Assembly: GCF_000020025.1 (NCBI RefSeq) | Contig: NC_010628.1 | Span: forward strand, 390,001-422,000 | Source of the DNA: Nostoc punctiforme PCC 73102 | Lineage (GTDB): Bacteria; Cyanobacteriota; Cyanobacteriia; Cyanobacteriales; Nostocaceae | Direction: 5' to 3' | Length of the DNA stretch: 32,000 nt | Shown here: positions 1 through 8,246 of the stretch, in pieces | How positions within the stretch are numbered: the stretch's first letter is position 1 | Layout: each line of letters opens with the position of its first letter | Notes under the pieces: model-generated | The model's input: only the letters and a program-made list of their open reading frames with translations | Told to the model about the DNA's origin: nothing | Database searches by the model: none | Program-made: the position numbers and the translations under genes

Positions 1-1432
1 GTTCGGGCAAACTTAAGTAATATGTCTCTTGCCTCCTGCCTTCTGCCTTCTGCCTCCTGACGCTTATCCAACTCTCCAGGGAAGGGGTAGCAGAACCTAA
101 CAATAAGGGGCAATTTTCTAATTCGGCTCGCCATTGGGCGACGGTGCGAGCGTGGTAAGTAGGTATGGGTGAGTCTTGTTTAAAGCTGCTGTCGTGTTCT
201 TCATCTAAAATAATTAAACCCAATTTGGGCAAAGGCGCGAAAACGGCGCTGCGCGTACCAATGACAACTTGAGGTTTTCCTGTGAGCATTTGCCGCCAAG
301 TGTCGTAACGTTCACCGTCGGAGAGGGCGCTGTGATAAACGCTGACTTTATTGCCAAAACGGGCGCGAAAACGATCGGTTAACTGGGGTGTAAGTCCAAT
401 TTCGGGGACTAAAACGAGGGCAGATTTACCTTCGCTGATGAGAGGTGCGATCGCTTGCAAATATACTTCGGTTTTTCCTGAACCTGTCACCCCATGCAAT
501 AAAACTTCAGCAAATCCATCGAGTGTCTCGATTGTCGCTAAGGCGCTAGCTTGGGCAGAAGTTAAAGATTTAGCTCCATCACCTGCCAATACTGGCCCCT
601 GTTCTGTTCGCAATACTTCCCGTTCTTCGATAACGATGTAACCCTTTTGTGACAACGTCTTGAGGATAGAAGAACTAGCATTGCAAATTTGCAGTAATTC
701 ATTTTGCCACAACTCCCCATTATGCCGTCGCAGCACTACCAAAATCTCTCTTTGGCGAGTAGTTAAGTCGCAATCGATTGTACCTGTAAGCGTGACTGCT
801 TTTTGCAGCTTTGGTCGAGTCAGCCGTGGCGGTTCTAAGTAGCTTTCTACTAAACCGAATCGCAGCAGCTCCCGAATTCCCCGATAGGCAGATTTGACTT
901 TTTGTTGGAGGTAGGCGAAACTGTAATCCCCCGCAGGTTGTGTTTGCAAAAGTTCCCAAACTTGCCGCGCGGTTGGAGTTAAAAAAGCTGAAGGATTAGT
1001 AGATGCCAATAGATAACTACTTCCTGCTGCTCGCCCTCCTCTAACAAGGCGGATACGACGCTGCGATCGCCCCAGCAACCCTGGTGGTAGAGCAACCCGG
1101 ATTACTTGAATTAGAGGCGTATAGTAATATGCAGCAACTCGATTGAGTAATTCCCAATAAGCACTTGGGAAAAATCCAACGCTGACTATATCTTCTACTT
1201 CCCGGATTTTTTCTGGTGCTAAATCAACATTTGGTTGTGCCAGTAACCGAATTGCGATCGCTCCTAATTGTTGTGCCCCAAATGGCACGCTCAAAATATC
1301 CCCTGGTTTTATTTCTAACTGGGCTGGTAATCGATAAGTAAATAATCCTGTACTTCCTGGACAGTCTACCAGTACTTCAACCCACCTATTAAGAGTTGTA
1401 CCTGATTGGTACGATTCGCTAGCTTGGGCCAC
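1..1432 (-). CDS. priA: Primosomal replication-restart helicase PriA, N-terminal ~477 codons (the 3' end of the gene lies beyond the window start)
   Basis: Hand translation of the minus strand (codon first bases 1432, 1429, ...) is open from 1450 to base 1. It is missing from the ORF track because it runs off the edge. It contains WVEVLVDCPG...YRLPAQLEIKPGD, Walker A LHGVTGSGKTEVYLQAI (rc of ~461-500), LVPEIGLTPQ, motif II LIILDEEHDSSFKQ (rc of ~181-222) and LLGSATPSLES. The first in-frame start is GTG 1432-1430. The ATG at 1469 is in a different frame. Confidence 0.85.
   Translation of the reverse strand, partial: MAQASESYQSGTTLNRWVEVLVDCPGSTGLFTYRLPAQLEIKPGDILSVPFGAQQLGAIAIRLLAQPNVDLAPEKIREVEDIVSVGFFPSAYWELLNRVAAYYYTPLIQVIRVALPPGLLGRSQRRIRLVRGGRAAGSSYLLASTNPSAFLTPTARQVWELLQTQPAGDYSFAYLQQKVKSAYRGIRELLRFGLVESYLEPPRLTRPKLQKAVTLTGTIDCDLTTRQREILVVLRRHNGELWQNELLQICNASSSILKTLSQKGYIVIEEREVLRTEQGPVLAGDGAKSLTSAQASALATIETLDGFAEVLLHGVTGSGKTEVYLQAIAPLISEGKSALVLVPEIGLTPQLTDRFRARFGNKVSVYHSALSDGERYDTWRQMLTGKPQVVIGTRSAVFAPLPKLGLIILDEEHDSSFKQDSPIPTYHARTVAQWRAELENCPLLLGSATPSLESWISVRRQKAEGRRQETYYLSLPE
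31..58 (-). repeat. Four tandem heptamers (GCCTCCT GCCTTCT GCCTTCT GCCTCCT) inside the priA reading frame
   Basis: Read directly from the sequence. On the coding strand the array reads AGGAGGC AGAAGGC AGAAGGC AGGAGGC and translates in frame as RRQKAEGRRQ, between the SATPSLES motif and YYLSLPE. Confidence 0.7.
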
Positions 1433-1565
1433 TACTAAAGGAGATAAACTTATGCCATTAATATACATAATTCCTGATTTTAAAGTTAGATATTTTCCTC
1501 ACATAGCTGGTCAAAATTAACCTAGCTAACTAAACTCTAATTTTTTGCTTTCTTAGATTTAAATA

Positions 1566-1607
1566 GTATTTTTCAATACTGTTATCCTTCATAATACTTG
1601 ATAAGTT
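1566..1607 (+). promoter_or_regulatory. Candidate NtcA-type promoter: GTAN8TAC box plus TAN3T -10
   Basis: GTATTTTTCAATAC at 1566-1579, then a 22-nt spacer and TAAGTT at 1602-1607, pointing toward the sigma factor gene about 660 nt downstream. The motif is also expected by chance in AT-rich DNA. Confidence 0.25.
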
Positions 1608-2272
1608 TCTTCTTATGTAATCTACTAGACAAATTCGTATCAACTATACATGCAATAAATATTTGGTACCCACTATATAAATAAAAGCATGTCGGCACTT
1701 GCTGCAACAGTTGCTCTATCTACTAAATAGGGAGTAGCCTTTTTCCGCCTATCGATAGATATTCAACCCTTTCTGTATATGAGATGCTTTTATACAAATA
1801 AGAACATCCCAAAATTAAGCTGCCATTATTGTAATTTGTATCATTTGGGTAACTTGAAATTGGGAATGCATAACCCCATCACCAGGTTCTAAATTTATCC
1901 AGTGACTTCCAAATACCTAAACAGAAAAATATATATTTAGAAAAATATATGAAAGTTGAAGAAATTTGGATGGTTAACTGAGGTTTTTATGTTTGTTCAG
2001 GTTGAGAAAGTTTGAGGGGGGTTTGACATATTTGGTAATTAAGAAAAAAATGAAGAATATAATCTGTTAAAAGCCTGAGAAGAAAGTTTTGTTGGGTGCT
2101 AAGGTCAGTTACGTTATAGGTTGTATCTAACTGTAACCCGTAGGTTGTAGGTAGATATAGATTTTTATTCTTGAATAGAAATTAGCAGAAGCTTCTATTT
2201 CGCCATATAAAGGGGTGCATTCGTCCATTAGGGAAAACTACCAAGCCTCAAAGGAGTAGCTGTAACTAAATT

Positions 2273-3445
2273 ATGTACCAAACAAAACAACAATCCCTAA
2301 AGGAAACTATGAACATTGTTGAATTGGGAAAAATGGAAATACTGGAGAATGCTGCTGATATTGAAGAACCATCACTCGATAGTTTAGATGCAGTGGCAGA
2401 TGAAGAGCCTCCTATTGTAGTAGAAAATCTGGAATCAGATGAACGCGATGGAGATGATATGGCGGCGGCCCGCCCTTCGGGATACAATAAAACCGAGCAC
2501 GATGATGCCGTCGGTGCGTTTTTTAAAGAGATGGCACGTTATCCACTTCTAAAAGCTGATGAAGAAGTAGAGTTAGCACGGCGAGTTAGATTTCTAGAGG
2601 AAATTAGGGAATTACAAGCCGCTTTAAACTTAAAACTAGGACAGGAACCTACCAAACTAGAAATAGCTTCCGAGCTAGAAATGACCGAAAAGCAACTAGA
2701 AAGTCGCTTGTATCAAGGTAGAGTAGCGAAACGCAAAATGATTCGCTCTAACTTGAGGTTAGTAGTTTCTATTGCCAAACGATATCTAAATCGGGGAGTG
2801 CCTTTTCTGGATTTAATTCAGGAAGGAGCAATGGGTTTAAATCGCGCTACAGAAAAGTTTGATCCAGATAAGGGATATAAGTTTTCTACTTATGCCTATT
2901 GGTGGATTAGACAAGCGATTACCAGGGCTATAGCTAACGATGCACGGACAATCCGGCTACCTATTCATATTGTTGAAAAGCTTAACAAACTGAAAAAAGC
3001 TCAACGGGAACTAAAGCAAAAACTCTGTCGGAATCCTACCGAAGGTGAAATGGCAGAAGCTTTGGACATTAGTGTGCAACAACTACGCCAACTACAACAG
3101 TTACGCCGTCAAGCACTTTCTCTCAACCACCGTGTCGGTAAAGAAGAAGACACGGAATTGATGGATTTGCTAGAAGATGAAGATAACCTGTCTCCAGAAG
3201 CAAAAATGAATGAAAACATGATGCGTCAAGAGATTTGGGAAGTGTTGGGTGATGTGTTAACTCCACGAGAAAAAGATGTGATTTCTCTGCGTTATGGTTT
3301 GACAACCAGCGAACCCTGTACCTTAGAAGAAGTTGGCAATATGTTCAATCTTTCTCGTGAGCGAGTGCGCCAAATTCAAAGCAAAGCAATGCGGAAATTG
3401 CGCCGTCCCCACATCGCTAAACGCTTAAAAGGTTGGTTGATTTAG
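2273..3445 (+). CDS. Sigma-70 family RNA polymerase sigma factor, group 2 type
   Basis: 390-aa ORF. Region 2: RSNLRLVVSIAKRYLNRGVPFLDLIQEGAMGLNRATEKFDPDKGYKFSTYAYWWIRQAITRAI. Region 3: TIRLPIHIVEKLNKLKK. Region 4.2: TLEEVGNMFNLSRERVRQIQSKAMRKLR. It has an acidic N-terminal extension. I cannot tell which group 2 paralogue it is. Confidence 0.93.
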   Translation: MYQTKQQSLKETMNIVELGKMEILENAADIEEPSLDSLDAVADEEPPIVVENLESDERDGDDMAAARPSGYNKTEHDDAVGAFFKEMARYPLLKADEEVELARRVRFLEEIRELQAALNLKLGQEPTKLEIASELEMTEKQLESRLYQGRVAKRKMIRSNLRLVVSIAKRYLNRGVPFLDLIQEGAMGLNRATEKFDPDKGYKFSTYAYWWIRQAITRAIANDARTIRLPIHIVEKLNKLKKAQRELKQKLCRNPTEGEMAEALDISVQQLRQLQQLRRQALSLNHRVGKEEDTELMDLLEDEDNLSPEAKMNENMMRQEIWEVLGDVLTPREKDVISLRYGLTTSEPCTLEEVGNMFNLSRERVRQIQSKAMRKLRRPHIAKRLKGWLI

Positions 3446-3494
3446 TTACATTCACGAAGATAGAGACGCAATACCCAATCGTCACTTCGTTCTC

Positions 3495-3536
3495 ATTCAA
3501 AATTCAAAAATAGATATTTAATTTTGAATTTTGAAT
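3495..3536 (+). terminator. Perfect 15-bp AT-rich hairpin downstream of the sigma factor gene
   Basis: ATTCAAAATTCAAAA (3495-3509) pairs with TTTTGAATTTTGAAT (3522-3536) around a 12-nt loop, 50 nt after the stop codon. The T-run is part of the stem. Confidence 0.5.
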
Positions 3537-3698
3537 TATCCGCATGGTTTGACTTAATTAGCTCCAATAATGAATTTAGGGGCCGATATATTTATATTTC
3601 TTGAGCTTCGACTACCGTAACTCTCAAAAAACGGGCATTCTGTACCTTTTTTCGGCTTTTGTTTAGTCATTCTTAAAAAAATTGCACAGTTGCATATA

Positions 3699-3740
3699 GA
3701 CTATGGACTATGAACTATAGACTACAGACTAATGACTTTG
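3699..3740 (+). repeat. Six tandem heptamers (GACTATG GACTATG AACTATA GACTACA GACTAAT GACTTTG) running into the GNAT start codon
   Basis: Read directly from the sequence. The ATG at 3732 spans the junction of the fifth and sixth units. Confidence 0.7.
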
Positions 3741-4226
3741 TGTAGCAATTTGATTTTGCGTTTTGCTGAACCAACTGATTACAGCGTACTTTTTCAATTA
3801 ATTCAGGGACTTGCTGAGTATGAAAAATTATCTCATGCTGTCACTGGCGATGCTCTGGCACTTAAAGAGCATTTATTTGGTTCGCACAGATATATAGAAG
3901 CGATTTTAGCAGAAACTGCTGGTCAAGCTGTTGCTTTTGCCCTATTTTTTCATAATTATTCAACATTTTTGACCAAGCCCGGAATTTATCTGGAAGACTT
4001 ATTTGTTTTACCAGAATATCGTAGGCAAGGTATTGGTAAAGCTCTTATTTCTAAAGTAGCCCAGATAGCTATAGAACGTGACTGTGGACGGTTAGAGTGG
4101 AGTGTGTTGGATTGGAATGAACCAGCTAAAGTATTCTACCGTAGTATAGGAGCATCTATATTAGATGATTGGCGAATTTGCCGTGTCACAGAAGACGCAC
4201 TTACGCAGTTAGGGGCTGTCAATTGA
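3732..4226 (+). CDS. GNAT family N-acetyltransferase (diamine/spermidine acetyltransferase-like)
   Basis: 164-aa ORF with the acetyl-CoA binding core LFVLPEYRRQGIGKALISKVAQIAIERDCGRLEWSVLDWNEPAKVFYRSIGA. Confidence 0.85.
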   Translation: MTLCSNLILRFAEPTDYSVLFQLIQGLAEYEKLSHAVTGDALALKEHLFGSHRYIEAILAETAGQAVAFALFFHNYSTFLTKPGIYLEDLFVLPEYRRQGIGKALISKVAQIAIERDCGRLEWSVLDWNEPAKVFYRSIGASILDDWRICRVTEDALTQLGAVN

Positions 4227-4336
4227 AGAAAAATTCAGAATAGCTGAATTCAGTAGTCAGAAGAGGTTGTTGGAAAAGTGTTTTTCCCTAAATTTTGGCA
4301 CTTTTAGCTCCTCACTAACCCTCTTTAAAAAGGCTA

Positions 4337-4604
4337 TTCATTACTCGGATATTGCTTAACATTTACGAGCCTGACCATTTATTTACGATGAACGCTGCCA
4401 GTAAAAATACAGGGTTTGGATTAGCGTAGACGCATTAGCGAAACGGTAGCGACGTTCGCGTAGCGTCTCGCAGAGAAGGAGCGTCAGCGGCTGTCGTCAG
4501 ACATCGCTCATAAAATTATTGTGGAAAAACATGGTTGTCAAATTAGCGTCGAGTCCGAACTTGGCAAAGGCACAAAATTTGACAATTCATGTAGTACCGC
4601 CTAA
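4337..4604 (+). pseudogene. Relic of a histidine kinase C-terminus (HATPase_c G1/G2 region), interrupted and lacking the rest of the gene
   Basis: Frame A (4337-4426) reads FITRILLNIYEPDHLFTMNAASKNTGFGLA then TAG. Frame B (4497-4604) reads SDIAHKIIVEKHGCQISVESELGKGTKFDNSCSTA then a stop. Together they resemble the usual ...IFEPFFTTK..GKGTGLGLAI...IVEKHGG.I.V.SE.GKGT.F ending of sensor kinases. No kinase ORF lies upstream. Confidence 0.55.
4427..4496. repeat. 70-nt GC-rich insert splitting the kinase relic (small dispersed-repeat / MITE-like sequence)
   Basis: TAGACGCATTAGCGAAACGGTAGCGACGTTCGCGTAGCGTCTCGCAGAGAAGGAGCGTCAGCGGCTGTCG contains internal inverted segments (GCGTAGACGC / GCGTCTCGC). 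Deleting exactly these 70 nt joins the two relic halves in one frame. Confidence 0.4.
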
Positions 4605-4744
4605 TTAGCTTTAGGACTTAGACAAAACTTAACCCGGTAGGGGTACTCGCGGAGGGTATTGCCCTTACCTGTAAATCCTGGTTTTGGTTATTGTTTGCGT
4701 AACCCGTAAACTTAATCAAGAAACCTCTTCTAACTCTTCAGCTT

Positions 4745-5989
4745 TTACGCTTTTCCTGCCACAACCAAGTCTTTCTTCAAAAGTTCCACTGCTGCTTGAT
4801 ATTGCAGATCCGCTTCAGTACCAATCTGTTCGCGGTTAATTGGATCTTGGGAAATCACTTTATCTGGCTTAATACCTAGTTTGTTAATATCCCGGTGTTG
4901 AGGAGTTTCATACTTAGCAATTGTGACTGCCAACCCCGAACCATCTGATAATTCAAATAAAGACTGAATTAGACCCTTACCAAAGGTAGTTTCGCCTACC
5001 AACTGTGCACGACCGTTATCTTGGAGTGCGCCAGCGAGAATTTCGCTAGCGCTGGCAGTTCCTTGATTCACCAAAATCACTAGAGGATCGTTCGTCAGGG
5101 CCGGTCCTAAAGCTTCAAAACTACCCTGAATACCTTGTCGATTCACGGTATAGACGATAGTACCAGAATCTAACCACTGACGAGCAATTTCAATTCCTGA
5201 TTGCAATAATCCCCCAGGATTATTTCGTAAATCTAGAATGTAGGCAGCAGCGCCTTTTTTTTCTAGACTAGAAATAGCGTGTGCCAATTCCATTGAGGCG
5301 TTGGCATTGAATTGAGTAAGACGTAGGTAGCCAATAGACGTACCTTCAGCGGAAACACGCAATTCTGAAACCACAGGGTTAAGAGCAATGCGATCGCGCG
5401 TTAATTTAATTTCCGTTTCTGGCTCTCCATCTCGCTCAATGAGGAGAGTAACAAGACTGCCACTTGGCCCGCGCATTTTAGTTGCAGCTTCATCTAGGGT
5501 AAGATTTTTTGTGGACACGCCTTCAATTTTAAGAATGCGATCGCGTGGTCTAATCCCCGCTTTATCTGCTGGTGAACCTGCGATAGGAGCCACTACTTCC
5601 AACTTCCCAGTCTCAGGATTCAGGACAATTTGCAACCCTACCCCAGTCAGTTCCCCAGAGGTATTGACCTTTAAGCTGCGGTACTGTTCCGGGTCTAAAA
5701 AGCGGGTAAAAGGGTCATCGAGGCTCTTGAGCATCTTCCCAATTGCCGCATAACTGGCATTTGAGTCTGTAAGCGGCTTCTCTAGAACCTTTTGCCGCAC
5801 AGCCGCCCAGTTTTGATGATTAAAAGTCTCATCTAGATAAGTGCGATTAACAATTCGCCATACTTCGGAAACCAGCTTTTGTTCCCCCGTTAATGCCACC
5901 GCAGGCTGGGTAAGCGTACCAAACGCCAACCAAAACGCCATTAACAACGAAAATCCAACCCGAAACACTTGTTTGTTCATGAACCCCAT
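4745..5989 (-). CDS. Carboxyl-terminal processing protease (S41 family, PDZ-containing)
   Basis: The track ORF is 4745..6001 with a GTG start. The ATG at 5989 (MGFMNKQ...) has GAGGTGG 8 nt upstream, so I prefer it. The protein has a signal/TM N-terminus, a PDZ segment GVGLQI...VVAPIAGSPADKAGIRPRDRILKIEG, and the S41 core LVNQGTASASEILAGAL...GETTFGKGLIQ. Confidence 0.9.
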   Translation of the reverse strand: MGFMNKQVFRVGFSLLMAFWLAFGTLTQPAVALTGEQKLVSEVWRIVNRTYLDETFNHQNWAAVRQKVLEKPLTDSNASYAAIGKMLKSLDDPFTRFLDPEQYRSLKVNTSGELTGVGLQIVLNPETGKLEVVAPIAGSPADKAGIRPRDRILKIEGVSTKNLTLDEAATKMRGPSGSLVTLLIERDGEPETEIKLTRDRIALNPVVSELRVSAEGTSIGYLRLTQFNANASMELAHAISSLEKKGAAAYILDLRNNPGGLLQSGIEIARQWLDSGTIVYTVNRQGIQGSFEALGPALTNDPLVILVNQGTASASEILAGALQDNGRAQLVGETTFGKGLIQSLFELSDGSGLAVTIAKYETPQHRDINKLGIKPDKVISQDPINREQIGTEADLQYQAAVELLKKDLVVAGKA

Positions 5990-6495
5990 TATCAATTCCA
6001 CCTCAACCCAAATTGCCTAGAAATGCTCAGTTATCCTGTTGTTGATGAAATCTATCTCTCGATTATGTTACTTTTTTTATAGAAGTGGTGCATTCCTCTC
6101 ATCAAGTTGTTCAGTCAACTGATGCGTTGTATCCACTCACGAAAGGATAAAATCTACTTTGTGTCCACCATTTTCTGTGCAGGGGCGTAAAGAGATCGCA
6201 ATATATTCCTTCTTTACAGAGTGTAAAGTTTCTGAAGACTCTTAGCACGCTGAAAGCTGACAAGCAAACGAAATAAACTCGTCTTTACTAAAATCCCAAA
6301 ATTGCTAATTGGGAGAGAAGTCATAAGAGGCGGCTTATGAGAAGTCCATAGACAATTCTGTTGTTACCCTAGCCTGCCGCAACCCCTTGGGCGAACCCGC
6401 AGGATGCCGAGGCTTGGAACCATCAGAATTTTAGTCGCCGATTTAGAGCTTCGGGATTTATCAACCGCAACCGACTTTTAGGAACTTGAGATTGT

Positions 6496-7143
6496 ATGGC
6501 CAACGTTTACGACTGGTTTGAGGAACGCCTGGAGATTCAGGCACTCGCTGAAGACGTTACTAGTAAGTACGTCCCTCCCCACGTCAACATCTTCTACTGC
6601 TTGGGTGGTATTACCCTGGTTTGCTTTCTCATCCAGTTTGCCACTGGATTTGCCATGACGTTCTACTACAGGCCAACAGTCACTGAAGCGTTCTCCTCAG
6701 TGGAGTACATCATGAATGAAGTAAACTTCGGTTGGCTAATTCGCTCCATCCATCGCTGGTCTGCCAGCATGATGGTGTTAATGATGATTTTGCACGTCTT
6801 CCGGGTTTATCTCACAGGTGGTTTTAAAAAGCCCCGCGAACTAACTTGGGTCAGCGGTGTCATCCTAGCTGTAATTACAGTTTCCTTTGGAGTCACCGGC
6901 TATTCCCTACCTTGGGATCAAGTTGGCTACTGGGCTGTAAAAATTGTTAGCGGCGTACCAGAAGCAATTCCTGTAGTTGGCGTTCTGATCTCCGACCTGC
7001 TGCGCGGCGGCTCAAGTGTTGGTCAAGCAACACTAACTCGTTACTACAGCGCACACACCTTTGTGCTGCCTTGGTTGATTGCAGTTTTCATGCTGTTTCA
7101 CTTCTTGATGATCCGCAAGCAAGGCATTTCCGGTCCTTTGTAA
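6496..7143 (+). CDS. petB: Cytochrome b6 of the cytochrome b6f complex
   Basis: 215-aa ORF starting [38 protein letters not shown] and continuing through [12 protein letters not shown]...HTFVLPW, the canonical PetB sequence. Confidence 0.98.
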   Translation: MANVYDWFEERLEIQALAEDVTSKYVPPHVNIFYCLGGITLVCFLIQFATGFAMTFYYRPTVTEAFSSVEYIMNEVNFGWLIRSIHRWSASMMVLMMILHVFRVYLTGGFKKPRELTWVSGVILAVITVSFGVTGYSLPWDQVGYWAVKIVSGVPEAIPVVGVLISDLLRGGSSVGQATLTRYYSAHTFVLPWLIAVFMLFHFLMIRKQGISGPL

Positions 7144-7180
7144 TCTCAATTATTAGCGAAAGGTAAGATTTGTCAGTTTT

Positions 7181-7262
7181 CAGATGAAGTTGTTTGTTTT
7201 AAACTTATGAAACACAATAAATTTAATTGCACATAAGTTCCAACAAATAAACACTTTATCTG
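7181..7262 (+). other. Long imperfect hairpin in the petB-petD spacer
   Basis: CAGATGAAGTTGTTTGTTTTAAACTTATG (7181-7209) pairs with CATAAGTTCCAACAAATAAACACTTTATCTG (7232-7262). The inner 8 bp (AACTTATG/CATAAGTT) are perfect and the outer part has mismatches and bulges. Confidence 0.4.
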
Positions 7263-7404
7263 AAGCTTAAAGCTGTAAATAACAACCTCCAGGCGGCTAA
7301 CCGTAGACAAACAAAACGCTGCTTTTTGCCTGCTAGATTTGCCTAGTAGCTGATAGCCTTCACAAATGCTTTAATTTAACTTAAGCAGGAGAGCACATTT
7401 CAAA

Positions 7405-7887
7405 ATGGCAACACAAAAAAAACCTGACCTGAGCGATCCTCAGTTAAGAGCCAAACTCGCCAAAGGCATGGGTCACAATTACTATGGTGAACCCGCTTGG
7501 CCTAATGACTTACTTTATGTATTTCCAATCGTGATCATGGGTTCCTTCGCTGCAATTGTGGCTCTAGCTGTGCTAGATCCTGCAATGACCGGTGAACCAG
7601 CAAATCCTTTTGCCACACCATTGGAAATTTTACCAGAGTGGTACTTATATCCAGTCTTCCAAATTTTGCGATCGCTTCCTAACAAACTTTTAGGAGTGTT
7701 AGCAATGGGTTCTGTACCAGTTGGGCTAATTCTCGTTCCTTTTATTGAGAACGTCAACAAGTTCCAAAACCCCTTCCGTCGTCCAGTTGCAACCACAGTC
7801 TTCCTAGTTGGCACTCTTGTCACCGTGTGGCTGGGTATTGGTGCTGCCTTGCCATTGGATAAATCTTTGACCTTGGGACTATTCTAA
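7405..7887 (+). CDS. petD: Cytochrome b6f complex subunit IV
   Basis: 160-aa ORF starting [41 protein letters not shown] and containing [18 protein letters not shown], the canonical PetD sequence. AGGAG lies upstream. Confidence 0.98.
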   Translation: MATQKKPDLSDPQLRAKLAKGMGHNYYGEPAWPNDLLYVFPIVIMGSFAAIVALAVLDPAMTGEPANPFATPLEILPEWYLYPVFQILRSLPNKLLGVLAMGSVPVGLILVPFIENVNKFQNPFRRPVATTVFLVGTLVTVWLGIGAALPLDKSLTLGLF

Positions 7888-7907
7888 ATTAGTCACCACA
7901 AAGTGCT

Positions 7908-7976
7908 TTGACGCCTGTGAGTTTCAAGAGCATATTACAGATATGTTTTTGGAAGAAATCTACAGGCGTCAATTTT
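7908..7976 (+). terminator. Hairpin plus T-run after petD
   Basis: TTGACGCCTGT (7908-7918) pairs with ACAGGCGTCAA (7962-7972), followed by TTTT. The long loop has additional partial pairing. Confidence 0.45.
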
Positions 7977-8246
7977 AATAATTCAGATTCTATTCGGGAG
8001 CTGGAGTTTTGGATTGGAAAGCTATCCCAAAATCTAAAATCAGCAAAAGTCATAAAATATAAACATTTTTCACTTAATTAACGTAAGTTGCTAGTTACAA
8101 CCCTCGAAATGCCAAAATCGTTCATATTTTGTATTTTGGTAGACAAAATATCTCAATTGAGATTTTTCGGCATCAGAGCAATTTGGCGAATCATGCAAAA
8201 TTTAATAACTAGCAACTTAGGTTTATTTATATTTAAGTCACAGTTA

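Noticed and set aside
351-959. Track ORFs 351..641 (+), 660..842 (+) and 720..959 (-)
   Set aside because: They lie antisense to, or out of frame with, the long open priA frame, which carries clear helicase motifs. Their own sequences have no motifs.
5388-5753. Plus-strand 121-aa ORF inside the protease gene, and the minus-strand ORF 7515..7823 inside petD
   Set aside because: They are antisense to genes with unambiguous conserved sequences, and their compositions (Ser/Arg-rich) are typical of antisense frames.
8088-8246. N-terminal 53 codons of track ORF 8088..8687
   Set aside because: It begins at a TTG, and its AT-rich sequence (FIFCILVDKISQLRFF...) is unlike the domain. The HATPase_c protein is complete from ATG 8247.
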